From positions 5,492,050 to 5,556,049 of the forward strand of contig CM119270.1 in the NCBI GenBank assembly GCA_051294375.1: a stretch of 64,000 nucleotides of DNA. Direction: 5' to 3'. Within the stretch, counting starts at the first letter, position 1. Each line of letters opens with the position of its first letter. The notes under the pieces were generated by a model, which did no database searches, had not been told where the DNA came from, and saw only the letters and a program-made list of their open reading frames with translations. Source of the DNA: Paraspadella gotoi (Eukaryota > Animalia > Chaetognatha). The position numbers and the translations under genes are program-made. Positions 37,006 through 48,549 of the stretch are shown here, one piece after another.

Positions 37006-37902
37006 TTGGTATGGGATTAGAAGTTAACAAATTGAACTAATTGCATTCTCGTTCTTAATTAACAAGTATTTAAAAACGCTTCATTTTTTTTTGAATAAAT
37101 ATTAAATTGGATGCAGATTGAAGAATTGTCAGGCGCAGGGAATCTTTTATTAGCCGCTTATCGTTTAGACATTTGGAGACAAGCCCTTCCTTTTCTCAAA
37201 GCTTTCGCCCACCAAAACGCAAGACGATGGGGAAAGATAAAATCCTTAGATTACGGTCAAGGTTGATGGAGTAATATGATTTTCGCCGTTTTGGTAAAAT
37301 TTTACTTTCGCCGAGCGGAGTTTTGGGCGTATTTTAAAATATTATTTAAAATACTTATTTTTAGAAAAAGAAAAACCGACCGGGAAGATCTTAATTTAAA
37401 TCTAACTTAAACAGTGAGTGTAAAATTTTACCAAAAGATCCTTGATCGACTAATTGGAAACTACGAATTTTTTTCAGCTTTTGTTTTTGTCGCTGACCGC
37501 AAGCGCCCTTTTTAAACTCGGGCCTAGAGCAAACAAAAGACAGAGTTAAAAGAACTTAACAGATTATATTTTTTCAGCTAGATAAAATCTATTAAGCAGT
37601 CAGATTAAATACGTGCATACAAGAGTAAGTTTTTTAATGTTAAACCGGGACATCAAAATTTAAATTTTTTGTGATTTTTCGTAATCGAACAAAAACTATT
37701 CAAAAAGCTAAAATTTCTAAATAAACTAGCAACTGCCAAAAAAAAAAAAGGAAAAAATTAACGACGGTAACAAATCAGAACAAAGTCTCTGAAACTGTAA
37801 TGTTCCCCAAAAACCAAATAAAGATCATCTGAAGGAAGAGAAGCCGTTTTCCAAAAACAGCAAAACATTCACGCCGCTATGCCTCCCCTACTTCACAACC
37901 TC

Positions 37903-40419
37903 TCACAACTCGTCCTTCGTCTTCTGCGCCTTGGCCCACTCCGCGGCCTCCTGCACCACCACCTCCACATCATCGTAGGACTTCTCCAACTCCTTCCAGT
38001 CTTCCGCCTTCAAGAGATCCACGTCCGATTCCTCAATCTCGCCGTCGCCGTCGACGTCCATTCGATCGAAGACTTTGGCGCGAAACATGTCCGAGGCCCG
38101 CTGCTCGAAAGAGGCCGGCTTGTCTGGGGGAAGAGAAAAGTGGAAGAAGTTTGGGATTCGTTAATAATATTATTATTAATTATTAATAATTTGAAAGTTT
38201 TAAACCCAACGGTATGAGATCATGGCCACCTTGAGACTACCGAGTACTGAAGGTAAAAAATCCAAGGGCTGGGGGGAACCCGTCAATTGCTCGCCAGAGT
38301 TTTATCGAAATATACGTAGACGGTTAAATTCTAAACAGACACTAAATACAAAAAGCAATCATATTAACTTGTCATAATTATTTGCTTTGTTTCAAAATTA
38401 AGCATTTCATAACTTTTAGTTTCTTGACTCTCCCTCCTTTTTTCAGTGCCATTTCTTTTTCCTTACCTCCCCCACCCCATCCCTCACTTTCAAAAGCGTA
38501 TCTGTCGGTGAAGGTGTCGGTCATGTGAATCTTCCAGTAGGAGTCGAAGGTGAGAGGGTCTGGATCCCTCACGATCTCGCGGACGAGGTCCTCCAGAGTC
38601 CGGGGCTTTTCCTCGTCCCACTCGACGTCGCCGAAGGTGAGACTATGGTTCATGGAAGTGACGCCGGAGCAGGCGGAGATGTCCACCTGGTGGAAATTGT
38701 AGTAAGATGGACGAAACATTTACACATTTTTAGATGAAATTACAAGATTCTTGAAAACAGAATTTAAACTTGATTTTAAATCTTAATATTTCTTTTTATC
38801 CAGTCTTAATCTTTTATTCATTAATTCGTTTAAACTAACTTTTTTTTATAATTTCTGAGGCCAAAACTTACTTTAGGCAATGCGAAGGTCATATATGTAA
38901 AATTAAAGCATGTTAATACAGAAAACTTTTTGCTACATACATTTTTAACCGCTTCTCTGGTCCAGAAAACGTTGACGGCGATGTTTCTTTCAAAGGATCG
39001 GACTTGATGGATGAAGTTATAAGGAATGTAGAGACAGTCACCGGCAGAAACATTGGCATAGTAATACTCGGATACAGTTGACATCGTAGGGTATTTGGTG
39101 TAGTTAACAGCGTCTACATCGATTGTCGAGAAAGAACCTTTGCTCTTGTCCATTGGAAACTCTGGAAATCTGGAAATACCAAAAGTTGCAAATGTTATGG
39201 CGATAATAATCGATTGATTCATGATGTTTGGATAGCTTTATTAAATTATTTTTTTTAAATTATCAAAGAGCACAAGCGTAAAAAAAAAATTCTATTCTGG
39301 CCATAATGATTACATTTTAGTAATAGTTTGAATTTACTTTCTTGGGTCAACGATAATGGTGGTCTTGTTTCCCCTGACGACGCAATTAATGTTGTCATAG
39401 TGATCCGTGTGAACTAGACCGTTGGTTCCTCCTCGCGACATCCACAAGTGATTAGATGACAAGAAAGGAAAGAATTCCGAACACTGGAATGAAAAAACAA
39501 AACATTTTGTAGTTAAATAAAAGTCATATTTAATTTCAGCTCGCAACACGACAAGTATTAAACTTGCCTGTAAAGAGCCAGGTAGAGGAATGTCTTTCCG
39601 GAGATAAGTTGGTGATTTGTTGATACAATAAACGGGCAACTCTAAGTAGTGCTCGAGAAAAAGCCGAAACGGAATCGCGTAGACTTCCTGATCGCGAAAT
39701 TCCTTCTTAGCCGTTTCCACAGTCACGTTGGTTTTCTCAGGATCTTCCAAGCTCCTAAGTTTTTGTCCCCCGAAAAAGATGTTTGAATATTTTCAAAAGA
39801 ATATTTTCACAATAATACATTGCGCGGAAGCTAAAAGATAAACATTGAACTAGTCGATAAGGCGCGAAGTTGGCTGAAGATGACTTTACGCCCTCTAGCA
39901 GCCATGGAACGGGTCGGTGGGCTGGACCCAGAATTAAGGTTTTTCCAAAACCCCAAAGCGGTTTACGGCCGTCCTCACGCTTCTCGCAGGGTAAGTACCA
40001 TAGGGGATCTAACAACTGAAAGAGTCATAAACATAAGCCCGACTTCAAACTCACTTGAGATATTCATCCTCCCAAAGTTTAAAGGCCGGCGTCTCTTTGT
40101 ATCCTCCCTTGAAGATGAGGGGACGAAGTGGGACAACGAAATCGTTGAAGAACTCCGTCGGGGACATGAACCCACTCCGCTCTTCCACGAGAATGCGGTT
40201 GCCCGCGTCGAAGTGACCGAAATGCTTCAGGTGACCTGCGGCAAAGTCAAAGCAGAACGTGTCAAACCTTTTAAGGGGAGACGATCGAGGAGTTGAAAAT
40301 TGAAAGACTACTAGTTTTAACATAATAAAAATATTTTACTATTATAATTTACCTGGATGTGGTTCCCCATTACTAAGAACTTGATTAAAAATCGCGACCA
40401 AAACGAGCAAGCGTAACAT
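37903..40419 (-). CDS. ER-lumenal JmjC/cupin 2-oxoglutarate-Fe(II) oxygenase, paralog A (signal peptide, JmjC, EF-hand, KDEL); 7 exons
   Basis: Exon 1 MLRLLVLVAIFNQVLSNGEPHP; RPLIFKG...AFKLW; LWMSRGGTNGLVHTDHYDNINCVVRGNK (HxD and 2OG-binding Lys); AGDCLYIPYNFIHQVRS (distal His); DVDGDGEIEESD EF-hand; ends KTKDEL*. Similar to the JMJD5/JMJD7/FIH-type JmjC-only class. Confidence 0.9.
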
Positions 40420-40764
40420 ATTTAGCCCAAAGGTTTTTTTAAAACTAAATAAAAGCAACATTTTTTAACCATAAAAATACATAAACTTAAAAGATTTCTT
40501 TTTTTCATTTTTTAAAACAATGAAACCATAAATATAAACTATTGGAAAATGTAAGAAAATGCACGATAGAAAAAGAAATTTAAATTTCAAGTTTTTTTAC
40601 AGTAATGTCCGCAATGTCACAGGTTTTTTTCCAAACGCGATCAATTGTAAGCTTTCAATGTTAAGTTTCTGAATAAAAAAAATTAAATAATATTTTAATT
40701 CAAACGCAGTTAAAAAATTTGTTAAACAGTTAAAACCCGTACCCATCAAATAGGTAAAACAAAA

Positions 40765-41352
40765 TTACCAACCTTTCAACATGGCTTTGATCAAGTGTTT
40801 CAGTCTTCCCACTACTTTATCATGGTAGGGCTCCTTGCTGAACTCTACCTCTCTTTTGTTGTGGTAAGGATACATGCCGGACAATTCCTCTCTTTTAATG
40901 TAATAGGGCTGCATGCCAGATCCTTCCTCTCTTTTGATATGGTAAGGTTGTATGCCAGATCCTTCTCTTTTGATATGGTAAGGTTGTATGCCAGATCCTT
41001 CCTCTCTTTTGATATGGTAAGGTTGTATGCCAGATCCTTCCTCTCTTTTGATATGGTAAGGTTGTATGCCAGATCCTTCCTTTCTTTTGATGTAGTAAGG
41101 CTTTATTCCAGATCCTTCCTCTCTTTTGATGTAATAAGGCTTTATTCCAGATCCTTCCTCTCTTTTGATATAGTAAGGCTTTATTCCAGATCCTTCTTCT
41201 CTTTTGATATGGTATCCAATCAAAAATCCAGCTTTCCTTTTTTTAAGGTGAGGCTCCATGCTAGACCCTTCTACTCTTTTAGTGCCGTAAGCCCAGGGTG
41301 TCGTGATCATTATAAGCACGATGGCCAAGCTTACTTTATTCGTGCAATACAT
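40765..41352 (-). CDS. Multicopy secreted peptide precursor (prepropeptide) with KR-flanked EEGSGI(K/Q)PY(Y/H)I repeats
   Basis: 195-aa ORF with an N-terminal hydrophobic signal and 39-nt tandem units. Nine near-identical peptides plus about 3 degenerate ones, each followed by KR. Confidence 0.88.
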   Translation of the reverse strand: MYCTNKVSLAIVLIMITTPWAYGTKRVEGSSMEPHLKKRKAGFLIGYHIKREEGSGIKPYYIKREEGSGIKPYYIKREEGSGIKPYYIKRKEGSGIQPYHIKREEGSGIQPYHIKREEGSGIQPYHIKREGSGIQPYHIKREEGSGMQPYYIKREELSGMYPYHNKREVEFSKEPYHDKVVGRLKHLIKAMLKGW

Positions 41353-41896
41353 CGCGATATCCGTGAGATTGTCTCAAAGAAACTTGCAGAAGATACTAAA
41401 GCAAAAGGTTAAACAAACTGGCTACTTTTTTTATAAAACTTTGGTTAAATAAATAAAATATTTTTAAAATATAATTATATATAACTTTGTTTTTGGTATT
41501 CTTTTAAATGCAAACTCAGCTAGACTAAATTTTTAAAAATTTTAAACTATAATAAAATATAATAAAAATCTAAAACTTAAAAACTTCTCGCAGTTACAAA
41601 TTAAATTAAAAAAATTATAAATTTAAAATTTTACCTGTTCATAGAATAAAAGCAATTAATAATGGCGTAGTCGAGAAATATTCATTTAATTCTTTTTTAA
41701 ATTAAGAAAATTGCATTCTCACTTTGGAAGGATTTACTGAACCTGTTTAACTGGTTGTGCGGAACAATAATTACCTTTTTTTGACTCAGAATGAACAGTC
41801 TCAAACATTAAAAGATTATATAAAATTATTAAAAAGTTTTAACCCAAAAGTAAAAATAACAAAGGTATGATTGGCAAGAAAATAGTAAAGCAAACT

Positions 41897-42090
41897 AAAT
41901 TTTACTTTTGCCGACCATGGTTTTGGCAACTTAAAAAACTACTTAAAAATATTTATTTAAAAAAAAAATGTTTTAAATATTACCCAATTACCTTAACCCT
42001 TTTAACCCTAACCACCCCTAACCCTAAACCACCCCCTAAACCACTCTTAAACCTAACCCCTCTCTAACCCCGGTCGGTAAAAATAAAAGT
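41897..42090 (+). mobile_element. Short element with inverted ends (AAATTTTACTT..GCCGACC / GGTCGG..AAAAT) and degenerate (CCCTAA)n interior; inverted copy at 48797-48908
   Basis: Two related copies plus a diverged one at ~37295-37430. Confidence 0.5.
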
Positions 42091-43435
42091 AACCTGAAAA
42101 GAATATCTCGGTAAAGAAACAGATAGTCTTATAATCACAAAAAATCTTATTAAACTAGATTTTTGGTAATATATTTCATTTTATCAGCCTATGAAAAAAA
42201 AAAAATAAAATGTAATAATACAGAAATTCTTTATTTAATGGGCAAGGAACTGGAATCAAAGGCTGAACAATGGTAAATCTGAAACCTTAACTTAGTTAAG
42301 TTCATCCTCCCTAAAACATCATTTGGGGAGGACGCATTAATAAATACATTAATTTTGAACAACATACTTTGGGTATGGTTGTGCAGAGCATTGGTTTATG
42401 GGCTTGGGCTCTCAGAATAACAATGCTATTCTGAGAATATATAACCTTTTGCCGGTAGTATCTTTAAAAAAATGTGTTTAAGTTTGAAATAAAAAATTAT
42501 AAATTAAATTATTTTTTAATTATAATTACTTATTAAAATCAAACTCATGCGAGCTTACTGAAGAACGAATTATTTTAAATCCAAAAATCTAAAAAACATA
42601 GAACAAAAAAAAATGGTTGCAAAATTTACCAAGATAGCAAAAATACAAAATAAAATGTAAAATATATAGAATTGTTGAGAATAGCTGAATTGAAGCAGGG
42701 TAATTGAAACAATTTATGCAAGGTAATTCTTTTAAACCAGGTTCTTCCTCCCTTCCTTCAAAGACAAGGATAATGGATGCATTAACCTTGAACTTGATAA
42801 ATCTTTTGAAACCGTTCTTGTAGGTTATTGACAGTAGCCATTTTGTTTGTTTTTCTACCCATAACCTCTCTGCCACGAATCCTTTCGGGTTATCAATCTG
42901 ACTGCTATTATCCAAATTTTCTTTTTATTTAAATTTCACATCAATAATAATTTCATATTCTCCGATATTACAATATAATTTTTACCTTACAATCTTTACC
43001 AAAATCTCAAAAAAATAAATTGGTCCAGTATTATTGAGCAGGAAACGAGTTCGTCAACCTTTTTGTGCTCAAGGTCGTTTCAACAAAAACAAGAATCAGT
43101 CACTCCAGTTTCGATTTAATGATGTAGTTTTTGACAATTAACAGAGGCCTCAGGAGAGTGGTTTTAATAATATGATACAAAAATATTATGATTGTAATTA
43201 TAAAAGAATGGATAAAAAATAAGGCCTGAAAGTTTTATTTTCATTGAACAAACGTACAGCAGCAGAAAGAATAACAATTAAGCCGAATGTGCAAATTTTT
43301 TATCTTCCAAAAATTTATAATATAAAGGCAGAGAAAAAAGTAAATTACCTTGATCCAATTATGTTGCTCCATCTCTTCCCCTTAACTTTCCTCTCGCTCC
43401 CTTCTCTCCATTCCATCGTCCCTCATCTACCCCCT

Positions 43436-46400
43436 TCACAACTCTCTCTTCTTCCTAATCTCCCACTCCTCTGCCTGTATCACCACCTCCTCCATCTCAT
43501 CGAAGGACTTCTGCACCTCATCCCAATCTTCATCCTTCAATCGATCCAAATCTTCCTTCTCGATCTCTCCGTCCGCGTCGACGTCTAGCCCTTGGAAGAC
43601 CCCCGTCGCGGAAGATGGCCAGGGCGCGTTCCTCGAAGGTGGCGGGTTTGTCTGGTGGTTGAGGGAAGGGAAATTGCAAATTCTTTTTTTTTTTAATGAT
43701 TAAATGATTACAATGATTAAAATTACCACAGCTAAGCAAAAAAACAAAGGTTGCAGGTTACTCTTTTTTTTTCAGAACAGAGTTTAGATAACTCATTGTA
43801 CTTTTTTCTACGAATAACTCACTTTTAAACGCGTAAGTATCGGAATAAATATCCGTCATTTGATGGAACCAAAATCTTTTCAAGGTCAACGGCGAAAATT
43901 CCCTGAGGAGTCTTCTCACGTGATCTCTCAGATTCGGAAGCCTTTCTTCTTCCCAGTCGATGTCGGCGGCAGTGAGGCTTTGATTCATGGAGTGGACGGC
44001 GGAGCAGGCGGAGATGTCTACCTTTTTAAGGGGATGGAAAGCTCAAGAAGCATCTTATGGTAGCGGTATTAGTTATCGAGTTTTTTCTTTCAAAAATGTT
44101 TCAAACCAAGAGTAATTCGCTGATTAATATTATTATATTGCTTTATAATGTCAAAATTTTTTTAAAGGATATTTTAAGTTCTTTTAATTGATTCTGATAA
44201 GTTGAGCAAAAAATGTAATTGCAACTACTAAAATTATCAGATGATAATGATAATTTTTTAAGGTTTTTCTTAATTTTTTAAAAAATATTTAAAAGAAAAG
44301 AATTATATTTTATGTAAACAACTTTTCATAAGCTATTTGAATCTGTTTAAAAAAAAGTTTTAACAAAATTTTAGAAGCAACATTTGAATAGAATCATTGA
44401 TTTATTTGTATTATTTACATGTTTTGGCTTTCGCTGCCAACCTTCATCAGCATCAATATAATATATAATATTGACGTTGATGAAGGCTTGCAGCTAAAGC
44501 GGAAACATGTAAATAATACAAATAAATCGTTGATTCTATACAAATTTTGCCTCTAATAAAAAACATTGAAAAAGAAAAGGATTACAATACAATAAAAAAA
44601 ATTTGAAATTTTCTATCTATAAATAAATATTAAAAAAATAATTATTAGTGCTTCTAGCCATCTTAGAAAATTTTGGTCCATTGAAAGTTTTCTCAGTAAT
44701 GTATAAAGTTTCATTTGGGAAGGTTCCCAAATCAACCTTCTGATCCACCCTACTTATGGTTAATTACTTCTCAGTTCTGCATTAAAATGACAAAATATTA
44801 CACGAAATGAGCCGAATTTACTATTTGATCATGTGACCCTAAATCTAAGTAATCATATTAACTAAAACGACTCTTTACCATTTTATTAATTATGCCACTG
44901 TGGCGGTATATATATACCGACCCACCACATTGAATTTTGGACCTTGTGATTGTTTTTTTAAAGGATCACGTGACCGCTGAATGTTTATATGCATGCACAT
45001 TTGCACATACATGCACTTTTCTACCAAAATGATAAGCATTTAAAACGTTAATGTGACAGACTGGCGGACAGACTGACCTTCCGCCACTTAGGTGACCTCG
45101 ATATACATTGTTGCTTCACGATTCTTTATAACTAAAACTTCATCAGTAATTAGACCCGATTTGCCGCGTCCCTGCTCCAGAAAAAGTTGACAGCGATGTT
45201 CCTTTCGAACGATCGTACTTGATGGATAAAGTTGGCGGGGATGAAAAGACAATCTCCGGCAGAAACATTCGCAAAAAAATATTCGGTCACTGACGACATG
45301 GTTGGGTATTTCGTGTAGTCGACAGCGTCAACATTGATTGTGGAATAAGAGCCATTGCTCTTATCTAATGGAACGTAGGGAAATCTGGACATGGGGCAAA
45401 ATGACTTACAGAAATTACTAAAGATATATATATTATTTAGCCCCTGATTGTAGAATCAAGGAAACGCCGGTTTATGTGTTGAGTATTACAATATTATATT
45501 ACAATGGCAAAAAGACAATTTCAAACGACATCTTACTTCATTGGATCGACGATGATGGTATTTTTTTCGCCCCTGACGACGCAATTGATGTTGTCTTGAT
45601 GATCGATGTGAACTAGACCGACGGTTCCGCCTCTCGACATCCAAAATAGATTTGCCGCCAGAAAAGGGAAAAATTCGGGACACTGCATGACAAATACAAA
45701 AAAAATAATAATAAATGAACAAAATTGAAAGGATAAACTAGTTAACTCTGCCTGAATAGCGCCGGGTAGCGGAATGTCTTTGCGAAGCTGCGCGGGAGTA
45801 TTAGTGACAACGTACAATGGAACTTCCTTGTAAATGTCGAGAATGATGTTGAATGGAACCGAGAGGACCTCCTGATCACGTGATTCTTTTTGAGCCGTCT
45901 CAACAGTCATGGTGGTGCTCATGAGATCTTTGAGGCTCCTTTGGTTAAAAATATTCGGAATGGGATCTCAAAATGAATATCAATTTCATGTAGTGCATTT
46001 AAGAAAATAAACTGGTAGGAAATTGCAATTTTATCAACTACTACGGTATATGTCCAATGTCTATAATACGTATGAAATCGAAAAAGTCCATTAACAGAGT
46101 AAATAAGTTCTGTTGATTGTTACCTATAATTCATTAGAATTAAAGGAAAAAATTTATTCATCAAGTTCATTCATCAAATAATTTAAGTAGACAATTAAAT
46201 ATTGTTACATAAACGGTTTGTGCAACAATAATAATTCAAGATTTTATTTCACTATTTGACCACAAACAGTGAAGTCATTTTGTCGAATATATTTTATATA
46301 TATTATTGTTGATTTATTAATTTACCTAAAGTCATCGTCTTCCCAGAGCTTAAAAGCCCTCGTTTCGTTGAAGCCCCCTCTGAAGATGAGGGGACGGCGG

Positions 46401-46705
46401 GGGACCAAGAAGTCTGAGAAGAAAACCGAAGGAGGTAGAAACCCCCTTCTCTCCTCGACGGGGATGCGGGTTCCTGCCTTAGGGTGGCCGAAGGGAAGGA
46501 AGTGACCTGAAGCAAAGTTATCATTGAGCGAACTTTATAACAGGATTATTATTATCATAGAGAAGGAACATTAATACGACTCACCTGGGTGCGGATTCTC
46601 GTCGGTTCGTACATTATCCGTGATCGCCACCAGCAACAGCGAGTAATGTACGATTGAGTTAAAAAATGGTGGCGTCAGAAGAAAAGTTTTTAAAGCGTTT
46701 TTCAT
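43436..46705 (-). CDS. ER-lumenal JmjC oxygenase, paralog B (signal peptide, JmjC, EF-hand, KREL); 1-nt frameshift in the last exon as assembled
   Basis: Same 7-exon structure as paralog A; LVHIDHQDNINCVVRGEK; AGDCLFIPANFIHQVRS. Removing one C from the run at 43600-43604 restores DVDADGEIEKED...RKKREL*. Confidence 0.85.
44371..44556. mobile_element. ~186-bp palindrome of two degenerate hammerhead-like halves inserted in a MITE-like repeat (intron of JmjC-B)
   Basis: Arms read (c/t)TGATGAAgg...aaagc(c/g)(g/a)AAACATGTA on opposite strands. The insert is absent from the related repeat copy at ~47765-48030. Confidence 0.55.
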
Positions 46706-47423
46706 TTCGACTAATAATCATGATCTAAAACCCACCAGCGCCTGCAAAATTTTATTTTAAGGGAGAACTAAAAATGGCCTCGACCATGACAATTTTCAAA
46801 TTAATACGCAAGTTTAAAAACATTTACAATTAAAATTTTAAAAAATAAAGGTTTTTATTAAATAATTCATACAAAATATCGAGATTGGTTTATTTCATTA
46901 AACTTTGCATTCGAAATACAAATCATTTCTATGGTAAGAAAGAGTAAGGAGGAAAAAGGAGGAAAAAGCAGATGAGGGTGAAAATCAGAGAGAGAGAGAG
47001 AGACAGAGAGAGACAGAGAGAGAGAGAAGGAAAAAGAGAGACTCTCAAAAACTTCAAGTTCAAAGAAAACATCTTGTTAAGGTATAGTTGCCGCTAAAAA
47101 ACCATTGTCAGCAGAATATTGGAATCCGGTATCAATAGAATCTAAAATTTATGATAAGACAGATTTTATCGAAAAGGAAAGTAAAAACAACTAAATATGT
47201 TCATTTCGTCTTTTCATCCTGTTGAATTCGCCGTATGCGAACGAAAAATTTGTTCAGGGAAAATCAATAAAATGAAGAAAAAAAATTACTTAAATCGCGA
47301 ATTCCAAAGCGGTTAACGTTAAAACTATTCATTTTCGGTTTTACCCCATTTTATGCTGATGAAATTCTTTTCAATTAATTGCCTTTCGAAATTTCCTCTT
47401 TTTCTTTTGTTTCTTTTATTCAT

Positions 47424-48252
47424 TTATATCACTCCTACAACTCTTCTTCTAAAAATCGAGCGACGCCTGATGAGGAATTCCTCGGGATTAGATCCTAAAA
47501 TAAAGATGGCGAAGAGACAGTAATTATTGTTATGTGTTAGTGACAGAACCGTTCAAGCACTTATTAAGCAGTCCCTGACCTTCGGATCAGGCTGTAACAC
47601 CATGTTACAGGCGGGTTAAGCGCCCCGTCCCTCTTAACTGCTAGGCGGCCACCGGGCTAGAACCCCGGACCTTTGGGTTGGGAACTTGGGAGGCGAATGA
47701 CTTTCCTCCGGCACCAATGGCCGCTGATGAACGGTTGGTGGATTTTAGTCCACCATATGATGATGATTTTTTAAGGTTTTCCCAATTTTGACTCGCTTAT
47801 CATCAAAATATTGAAAAAAGAATTATACTTTGTGTAAACAACTTTTCATAAGCTATTTGAATCTGTTTTTAAAAGTATAAAATTTTTTAAACAAAATTTT
47901 GACATTTCCTATCTATAAATAAATATTAAAAAATTAATTACTTGTGCTTCTAGCCATATTAGAAAATTTTGGTCCATTGAAAGTTTTCTCAGAGATGTAA
48001 GAGGTTCCCAAATCAAACTTCTGACCCACCCCATTAACATTGATTGGCCATACCCCTAGATCTTTTTCTCTCCCTCCCCTCACTTCCCCTTCCCTCACCA
48101 GTGTATTGCTTCAATGCTTCTCTCAGCTTTGTCCGAACGTTCCCGTCGTCATTGGCGCCAATAGCGGCGTCATTTTCCTTCGGTTGCGCTTGACAGAAAA
48201 CTAATGCAGCGGCGATGACGATGATCGTCATGTAGGATTTGATAGTCAACAT
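47424..48252 (-). CDS. Small secreted prepropeptide with Arg-rich C-terminal peptide; 2 exons
   Basis: Exon 1 48252-48099 MLTIKSYMTIIVIAAALVFCQAQP...NVRTKLREALKQYT G|gtgag; exon 2 47494-47424 GSNPEEFLIRRRSIFRRRVVGVI*. Homologous to the neighbouring gene. Confidence 0.75.
47511..47755 (-). mobile_element. Copy of the tRNA-containing SINE/HINE-like repeat in the intron of the 48.2-kb peptide gene
   Basis: Reverse complement matches the 27-kb copies end to end. Confidence 0.7.
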
Positions 48253-48549
48253 CGCGATTGAAATTAAATCGAAATTTAATATTTTACGAGGATTATTAAT
48301 TTACTGAAGCGCAAAAAAAAATCAATATGAAATTACTTTCTCGGTCATTGATACAGATTTGAAATAAAAAACACCCTTGGCAGTTCAATTTAAAAAAAAA
48401 GGCCGCATTTATCTTTTAAAACAATTTCGTTTATCCGCAGTTTCTAAAAATGACGAATCGTTTAAAATTTTGCCCTCGTTTTTACCAGTTTTAAGTTATT
48501 AGAACCGGTTTGACAAAATCTTAAATAGGGTTGAACAATCTCAGCGATA

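Noticed and set aside
40795-41412. 205-aa plus-strand repeat ORF
   Set aside because: Antisense shadow of the peptide precursor; the minus frame has the signal peptide and KR sites.
41990-42070. Telomere or interstitial telomeric array
   Set aside because: Degenerate CCCTAA-like units lie inside a short dispersed element with inverted ends.
42589-42915. 108-aa minus-strand ORF between JmjC-B and the repeat precursor
   Set aside because: Non-ATG start, no signal peptide or recognisable motif.
47077-47141. Possible second alternative last exon for the 48.2-kb precursor (DSIDTGFQYSADNGFLAATIP*)
   Set aside because: Phase-compatible acceptor but no homology to the other terminal exons; cannot be distinguished from chance.
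47467-47485. CTGATGAG hammerhead-like start
   Set aside because: No downstream GAAA core; it is the antisense of a coding exon.
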